64,000 nt of DNA. Source: an uncultured Bacillales bacterium (GTDB lineage Bacteria; Bacillota_I; Bacilli_A; RF39; UBA660). The translations under genes and the position numbers were made by a program. The stretch is from contig CAMOSQ010000001.1 of assembly GCA_946624985.1 (NCBI GenBank), positions 12,733 to 76,732 of the forward strand, written 5' to 3'. Below, one piece after another: positions 58,616 to 64,000 of the stretch; within the stretch, counting starts at the first letter, position 1, and each line of letters opens with the position of its first letter. The notes under the pieces are model-generated. The model had not been told where the DNA came from. It saw nothing but the letters and a program-made list of their open reading frames with translations, and made no database searches.

Positions 58616-59227
58616 TTAATTTAAACCATATTTTGCTATGTATGTTTTATAATTGTTGTATGGCATTTTAAATAATTTATATGTAATTGGTGAAATTAAT
58701 ATATTTTGTAGTATTGTTGCATAAAAGAAACAATTTGAAATATAATTATTTTTTATTTTGATTGATAATGCTATATATATTATTGCGATTATTGTTGATA
58801 GTATTTTGTATACTTTTCTTCTTGTTTTATTTATTATTGGTCTTTTTATTGTATCTGCTGGTGAGAATAAATAAATTCCTATTATTGAAATTATTCCTAT
58901 TATTATTTTTATTTGTATGTTTAACGGAATATGTATCGCTAATAAAGGTGTCCCAACAAAGAAAAGTGTTGATGTTACTAGACATATCCATGATTTTGAT
59001 GCGTGTAGTCCAAAAGAAGTTGTTCTTATTATTGAAAATATAAGCATAAATATAATGAATTCTTTAAATATATTGAGTATTATTGTGATTATACTTATTA
59101 TTACTAGTTTTGTTATTGTAAGATATATTCCTTCTAAACCATATCTTATTTCTGCTAGTTTTGTTTCATCATAGTTATAATTTTGTTTTACAATATTTAT
59201 GCATTTATCTAGTATTTTCTTTTTCAT
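58616..59227 (-). CDS. agrB: AgrB accessory gene regulator protein B (AgrD-processing membrane peptidase)
   Basis: 203 aa polytopic. RTTSFGLHASKSWIC has His and Cys 7 residues apart, like catalytic H77/C84 of S. aureus AgrB. Confidence 0.8.
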   Translation of the reverse strand: MKKKILDKCINIVKQNYNYDETKLAEIRYGLEGIYLTITKLVIISIITIILNIFKEFIIFMLIFSIIRTTSFGLHASKSWICLVTSTLFFVGTPLLAIHIPLNIQIKIIIGIISIIGIYLFSPADTIKRPIINKTRRKVYKILSTIIAIIYIALSIKIKNNYISNCFFYATILQNILISPITYKLFKMPYNNYKTYIAKYGLN

Positions 59228-59310
59228 ATTACTACCTCATTTTTAATTATAAATGGTTTTAAAATTTATACTTATTTTTTGTTTTAAATGTTTTTATTTG
59301 TTTTTGAAAT

Positions 59311-59357
59311 TATATTTATTAATTTGTTGTTTATATTATTTTTGTTTGATGTATATT
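59311..59357. promoter_or_regulatory. Three phased TATATT-containing direct repeats upstream of agrB (candidate LytTR binding sites)
   Basis: TATATT at 59311, 59332, 59352 (spacing 21 and 20 bp), each followed by a T-rich tract; 84-130 bp upstream of the agrB ATG. Could be chance in AT-rich DNA. Confidence 0.25.
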
Positions 59358-59529
59358 GTTTTGTGTTTTGTTGTCTTTTTTAATTTTTAGATTAATATTA
59401 ATAGTATAATTTTAATGTTTTGCAATAAAAAATATGTCGAATTTTGAAGTATTGTTTTTGTTGAATTCATGGTGTTTTTTGATGTATATTTTTATTGTAA
59501 GCGATTTTACTAGAAGGGAGATTTTTGAT

Positions 59530-59742
59530 ATGAAGGGTAAAGTAAAATGGTTCAATAATGATAAGGGTTTTGGTTTTATTGAGTATAAGGAGGGTGAAGA
59601 CATATTTGTTCATTATTCTTCAATTTTGTCTAGTGGATATAAGACTTTAGTTGAAGGTCAATATGTTGAATTTGAACTTGTAAGAACTGATAAAGGTCTT
59701 CAAGCTAAAAATGTTGTTGAAATCAAAACTGCTTTAGTATAG
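59530..59742 (+). CDS. cspA: Cold-shock protein (CspA family)
   Basis: MKGKVKWFNNDKGFGFIEY...DIFVHYS (RNP1/RNP2). ATG 59530 after AAGGGAG; the track start 59434 is an extension into the long 5' UTR. Confidence 0.93.
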   Translation: MKGKVKWFNNDKGFGFIEYKEGEDIFVHYSSILSSGYKTLVEGQYVEFELVRTDKGLQAKNVVEIKTALV

Positions 59743-59831
59743 AGTAGTTTTTTTGATATTTTTGTGAAATTTTTTTCTATAATAGACTTTGGTTTTTATA
59801 TGTAGTATAATTATAGTGGGAGGATGATATT

Positions 59832-60359
59832 ATGAGATTTAATATCCATGGAAAGAATATTGAGGTTACACCTGCAATTAAGAGTTATGTTGAGTCTAAG
59901 ATTGGTAGGTTGGATAAGTATTTTAAGGATACTTCTATTGAGGCTACTGTTAATTTTAGAGTTCGTGGTAAGGAACAAATTGTTGAGGTAACTGTTCCTG
60001 CTAGTAAGATGGTTTTGAGAGCTGAGGAAAAGCATTCTGATTTATATGCTGCAATTGATTTGGTTTCTGATAAATTAGAAAGACAAATTCGTAAGAATAA
60101 GACTAAAGCTCGTAAGAATTTAAAACAAACTATTATATTTAGTGATTTTGATGTTGATGAATCTGAGGATGTTGATGATAGTATTGTTAAAAGAAAAGTA
60201 ATTGATACTAAACCAATGAGTGAGGAAGAGGCAATTTTACAAATGGAGTTAATTGGTCATAATTTCTTCTTGTTTAAAAATGATAAAACTAATGATCTTT
60301 GTGTTGTTTATAAGCGTGAAGATGGTGGTTATGGTATTTTAGAAGCAAAGGCAAAATAA
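59832..60359 (+). CDS. hpf: Ribosome hibernation promoting factor (long form)
   Basis: MRFNIHGKNIEVTPAIKSYVESKIGRLDKYF...; C-terminal dimerisation domain; upstream of secA as yvyD is in Bacillus. Confidence 0.93.
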   Translation: MRFNIHGKNIEVTPAIKSYVESKIGRLDKYFKDTSIEATVNFRVRGKEQIVEVTVPASKMVLRAEEKHSDLYAAIDLVSDKLERQIRKNKTKARKNLKQTIIFSDFDVDESEDVDDSIVKRKVIDTKPMSEEEAILQMELIGHNFFLFKNDKTNDLCVVYKREDGGYGILEAKAK

Positions 60360-60443
60360 ATTTTGTCTTTTTTCTTGTTTTTACTATTATTTTTATTATT
60401 TTTTTGATAAAATATACTTTGTATTAGAAAAGGAGAATCAGAA

Positions 60444-62933
60444 ATGAAGTTTTTTAAAAAGATTTTTGATCATGAGTATAAAGAGTTACAAAAGTTTGAA
60501 GTGATTGCTCGAGAGATTGAGGCACTTGATTCTGAATATAGTAAATTAAGTGATGCTGATTTAAAGCATAAAACTGTTGAATTTAAGGAAAGGCTTTCTA
60601 ATGGTGAAACTTTAGAGGATATTAAGGTTGAGGCTTTTGCGACTGTTCGTGAGGCTGCATATCGTACTATTGGTGAGAAGCCATTCTTTGTTCAAATTTT
60701 AGGTGGCTTAGCTATTCATTATGGTAATATTGCAGAAATGAAAACTGGTGAAGGAAAGACTTTGACGTGTACTATGCCTGCTTATTTAAATGCTTTAACT
60801 GGTGATGGTGTTCATATTGTTACTGTTAATGAATATCTAGTTGGTGTAGCTGCTGATTGGATGGGTAAGATTTATGAGTTTTTAGGTCTTACTGTTGGTA
60901 AGAATTATAGAGATTCTAGTATTGAGGAAAAGAAGGCTGCTTATAATTGTGATATAATGTATTCTACTAATAATGAGATTGGTTTTGATTATTTACGTGA
61001 TAATATGGTTATAAAATCTAGCGATCGTGTTATGAGACCTTTTAATTTTGTTATTGTGGATGAGGTTGATTCTATTTTGATTGATGAGGCTAGAACTCCT
61101 TTAATTATTTCTGGTGGATCTATGCATTCTGCTAATTTGTATAAACAAGCTGATAGTTTTGCTAAAACTTTAAAAGAGAATGCTGGATATGTTTATGATG
61201 AGAAGTTAAAGGCTGTTACTCTTGATGAAGATGGTACAAGTGCTGCGGAAAAGTATTTTAGAGTTAGCAATTTATATGATATAAATAATTCTACTTTGGT
61301 TCATTTTATTAATCAGGCGTTGCGTGCTAATTATGCTATGAAGCGTGATTTTGATTATGTTGTTGAAAATGGTGAGGTTATTATTGTTGATCCATTTACT
61401 GGTAGACTTATGAAGGGTCGTAATTATTCTGATGGATTGCATCAAGCTATTGAGGCTAAGGAAGGTGTCCAAATTCAAGAGGAAACTAAGACTTTAGCTA
61501 CTATTACTTTCCAAAATTTATTTAGAATGTATAAGAAGATTTCTGGTATGACTGGTACTGCTAAGACTGAGGAAGAGGAGTTTAGGGATATTTATAACAT
61601 GTATGTTATTCAAATTCCTACTAATAAGCCAGTTATTCGTGAGGATTTTGGGGATTTATTGTTTGCTACTAAGAAGGGTAAGTATAAAGCAATTGTTAAT
61701 GAGATTAAGGAAAGACATGCTAAAGGTCAACCAGTTTTAGTTGGTACTATTGCTGTTGAGACTAGTGAGTTATTATCTGATATGCTTAAGAAGGAACATA
61801 TTCCTCATGAGGTATTGAATGCTAAGAATCATGCACGTGAAGCTGAAATTATTGCTAAGGCTGGTGAAAAGGGTGCTGTAACTATTGCTACTAATATGGC
61901 TGGTCGTGGTACTGATATTAAGTTAACTGATGAGGTTAAGGAGCTTGGTGGTCTTGCTGTTATTGGTACTGAGCGTCATGAGTCTCGTCGTATTGATAAT
62001 CAGTTAAGAGGTCGTAGTGGTCGTCAAGGTGATCCAGGTTTTTCTCAATTTTGTGTTTCTTTTGAGGATGACTTATTAGTTAGATTTGGTACTGATAGGG
62101 CTAAAATGATTTTACAACGTGTTGGATTTAATGATGAAATGTCTATTAGAAATAAGATGTTATCTTCTTCTGTTGAGACTGCTCAAAAGAGAATTGAAGG
62201 TAATAATTATGATATGAGAAAGACTATTTTACAATATGATGATGTTATAAATAAGCAAAGAGAAGTTATTTATGATATGCGTAATGAAGTGTTGGATACT
62301 CTAGATATTCATAGTGTTGTTATTGATATGATTAAGAATTATATTGATGCTCTTGTGCGTGATCATTTAGCTCCTGAAGGATATTTAACTATAAATGATT
62401 TATCTGAGATTATTGAGTCTATTAATCAGGTTCTTAAGAATAATATGAAGGTTGAAGATTTGGATAATCAAGATGTTGATTATGTTATTGATACTATTTA
62501 TAATAATGTTTTATCTGAATATAATGAAAAGTTATCTAGCATTCCTAGTGAAATTGCTTCTGAGTTTGAGAGAGCTATTTCTCTTAGAGTAATTGATACT
62601 TATTGGATGGAGCATATTAATACAATGAGTATTTTAAAAGAGGGTATTCATTTACGAGGATATGCTCAAGAAAATCCATTACGTGCTTATACTTCTGAAG
62701 GTTATGAATTGTTTGAAACTTTACTTGATACTATTGATAAGCAAACTACTATTTTCTTGTTAAAGGCTGAGGTTAGACAAAATGCTGAAAGAAAAGAGGT
62801 AGCAAAAGGTAAGGCTGCTGATGATGAAAGTAAAGTAGCTAAAAAGACTCCTAAGAAGAGTACTAAGGTTGGACGTAATGATCCATGTCCATGTGGATCG
62901 GGCAAGAAATATAAGCAGTGCCATGGAAAGTAA
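60444..62933 (+). CDS. secA: Preprotein translocase ATPase SecA
   Basis: MKTGEGKTL, DEVDSILIDEARTPLIISG, TNMAGRGTDI; C-terminal zinc site CPCGSGKKYKQCHG. Confidence 0.97.
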   Translation: MKFFKKIFDHEYKELQKFEVIAREIEALDSEYSKLSDADLKHKTVEFKERLSNGETLEDIKVEAFATVREAAYRTIGEKPFFVQILGGLAIHYGNIAEMKTGEGKTLTCTMPAYLNALTGDGVHIVTVNEYLVGVAADWMGKIYEFLGLTVGKNYRDSSIEEKKAAYNCDIMYSTNNEIGFDYLRDNMVIKSSDRVMRPFNFVIVDEVDSILIDEARTPLIISGGSMHSANLYKQADSFAKTLKENAGYVYDEKLKAVTLDEDGTSAAEKYFRVSNLYDINNSTLVHFINQALRANYAMKRDFDYVVENGEVIIVDPFTGRLMKGRNYSDGLHQAIEAKEGVQIQEETKTLATITFQNLFRMYKKISGMTGTAKTEEEEFRDIYNMYVIQIPTNKPVIREDFGDLLFATKKGKYKAIVNEIKERHAKGQPVLVGTIAVETSELLSDMLKKEHIPHEVLNAKNHAREAEIIAKAGEKGAVTIATNMAGRGTDIKLTDEVKELGGLAVIGTERHESRRIDNQLRGRSGRQGDPGFSQFCVSFEDDLLVRFGTDRAKMILQRVGFNDEMSIRNKMLSSSVETAQKRIEGNNYDMRKTILQYDDVINKQREVIYDMRNEVLDTLDIHSVVIDMIKNYIDALVRDHLAPEGYLTINDLSEIIESINQVLKNNMKVEDLDNQDVDYVIDTIYNNVLSEYNEKLSSIPSEIASEFERAISLRVIDTYWMEHINTMSILKEGIHLRGYAQENPLRAYTSEGYELFETLLDTIDKQTTIFLLKAEVRQNAERKEVAKGKAADDESKVAKKTPKKSTKVGRNDPCPCGSGKKYKQCHGK

Positions 62934-62966
62934 AATAAAATAAGGGAAAACTTAAAATTTAAAAAA

Positions 62967-62987
62967 TGACAAATTTGTTATTTGTCA
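62967..62987. repeat. Perfect 8-bp inverted repeat (operator, att-core or weak terminator candidate)
   Basis: tgacaaat-ttgtt-atttgtca. The motif aaatttgtt recurs at 63046-63054, abutting a TTGACA hexamer (63053-63058). Confidence 0.5.
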
Positions 62988-63083
62988 ACAGATTAAATAA
63001 AATGTGGACAAAATCCATTGAAAATAAAGGGTGTTAACAAAAATAAATTTGTTGACATCTTTTTTGATGAAAGGATAATAATA

Positions 63084-63866
63084 ATGATTGAATTAGATAA
63101 ATTAATAAAATCAGGTGGAATTGATAAAAAATATCATAGTAGTATTTTTGATAATACTGATTTTGAAAAAATGTATACAAAAATTGATTTAAATAAATAT
63201 ACCAAATTAAAAAACAAAATTTATTGGATAAGCCTATTAGTATATAAAATATCTATGGTAAATTACTTAAAATCAGTTAATAAAGATATTGATTTAATAA
63301 AACAGACTATTAATATTAAAAAAAATAATTTGATAATTTTTCATTTGTCAATGAATATTTCAAGTGAAATGTGTAAACAATTTAATAATAATTTTATTTA
63401 TCCTTCATATATTTCAATGCTATGTAGGCAAATAATAGAACAAATATGTTTTGTTAAAGAAATTGAAAGTGAAAATATAGATGTAAAACGTATAGTAGAA
63501 TCTGCGATAGAATCATATAATAAACAATTAGGTGTGAAAAGTTTAAATATCCAAGAATTGAATAATAACAACAAAGGGTTGTTGAAAGTTTTTGAAGATA
63601 AGAAATCTTACGGAAAACTTGCAAATAAGTATAAATATGGATATATGTATAATTTTTTTTCTGGTGATATACATTTATTATCACAAATTGATAAATTGAT
63701 ACCATTTAATACTAATAATTCGAAAAAATACTATGATATATACCTTAATTGTGTCTTATCTTTATTAAAAGATTATTTGGTACTCATAAATCAGTATAAC
63801 ACAGAGATAAAATTAGAAATGTTGGATTTAGAAAAAATTGATTTTTTAGATATAAAAGATAGTTGA
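63084..63866 (+). CDS. Hypothetical protein (260 aa), very AT-rich, no recognisable motif
   Basis: ATG 63084 (track start 63018 is TTG). K/N/I-rich, no TM. Lies between secA and a probable integrase gene. Confidence 0.55.
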   Translation: MIELDKLIKSGGIDKKYHSSIFDNTDFEKMYTKIDLNKYTKLKNKIYWISLLVYKISMVNYLKSVNKDIDLIKQTINIKKNNLIIFHLSMNISSEMCKQFNNNFIYPSYISMLCRQIIEQICFVKEIESENIDVKRIVESAIESYNKQLGVKSLNIQELNNNNKGLLKVFEDKKSYGKLANKYKYGYMYNFFSGDIHLLSQIDKLIPFNTNNSKKYYDIYLNCVLSLLKDYLVLINQYNTEIKLEMLDLEKIDFLDIKDS

Positions 63867-63943
63867 TTTATTTAGTAGTCATCAATCTTTTATTTTTTTT
63901 ATTGTAAAATAATAATGATCAAATAAAATGGAGAGTGATATAA

Positions 63944-64000
63944 GTGATCAGCATTAGAAAGAGAGGCAATGTATATCAATATTGCTTTGATGCAGGTAAA
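63944..64000 (+). CDS. Probable tyrosine-type site-specific integrase, first 19 codons only
   Basis: GGAGAG then GTG 63944: (M)ISIRKRGNVYQYCFDAGK. The IRKRGNxYQY opening is typical of Firmicute phage/ICE integrase N-terminal domains. Truncated by the window. Confidence 0.4.
   Translation, partial: MISIRKRGNVYQYCFDAGK

Noticed and set aside
58430-58624. Plus-strand 64-aa ORF between agrC and agrB
   Set aside because: It is antisense to the AgrD precursor, which has a GGAGG RBS and canonical AgrD features. The plus-strand ORF starts inside a terminator hairpin and has no RBS.
1-64000. CRISPR arrays, rRNA genes, DGR template/variable repeats and alternative genetic code (TGA=Trp)
   Set aside because: No regularly spaced short repeats and no rRNA-like GC-rich blocks were seen. 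The only long repeat is the esterase duplication. TGA clearly terminates conserved genes (ecfT, truA) and Trp is encoded by TGG, so code 11 applies.

Overview
AT-rich, low-GC Firmicutes-type chromosomal segment. It uses the standard bacterial code: TGA acts as a stop (e.g. the ecfT and truA ends) and Trp is TGG. Almost everything is on the + strand, and gene order is a compacted version of Bacillus subtilis housekeeping synteny. In order: spoVT/abrB-like, metG, tatD, yabE-like, rsmA; ung; tilS, ftsH; soj, spo0J, mscS, DUF951, abgT, ychF; rpsF, ssb, rpsR. Next come complete S10-spc-alpha operons (rpsJ to rplQ, including an unlisted rpmJ but no rpmD/L30), then ecfA1-ecfA2-ecfT, truA, rplM, rpsI, followed by RNA-modification enzymes and an AI-2E transporter. 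After that: an accessory island (about 47.3-53.6 kb), a Ca-type P-type ATPase, an agr-type quorum-sensing locus, csp, hpf, secA, and the start of a probable integrase-bearing element. I saw no rRNA, tRNA or CRISPR array. Features I added that are not in the ORF track: a partial CBS-pyrophosphatase gene at the left edge (minus strand), rpmJ, a 39-aa AgrD propeptide, two small membrane ORFs, and several terminators, promoters and leaders. Candidates for something new, in my order of interest: (1) a membrane-anchored zinc-ribbon protein whose C-terminal ~190 aa are EF-Tu domains II+III with no GTPase domain (12707-13705); (2) a tightly coupled three-gene operon of acidic helical-repeat proteins that look mTERF-like (47412-49737); (3) two tandem membrane-hairpin-anchored alpha/beta-hydrolases whose 5' ~620 bp are near-identical (442 bp with no mismatch by eye) while the catalytic halves have diverged (50981-53584); (4) the agr locus with its peptide. 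All functional calls rest on my reading of the translations, motifs and synteny. No database search was run.
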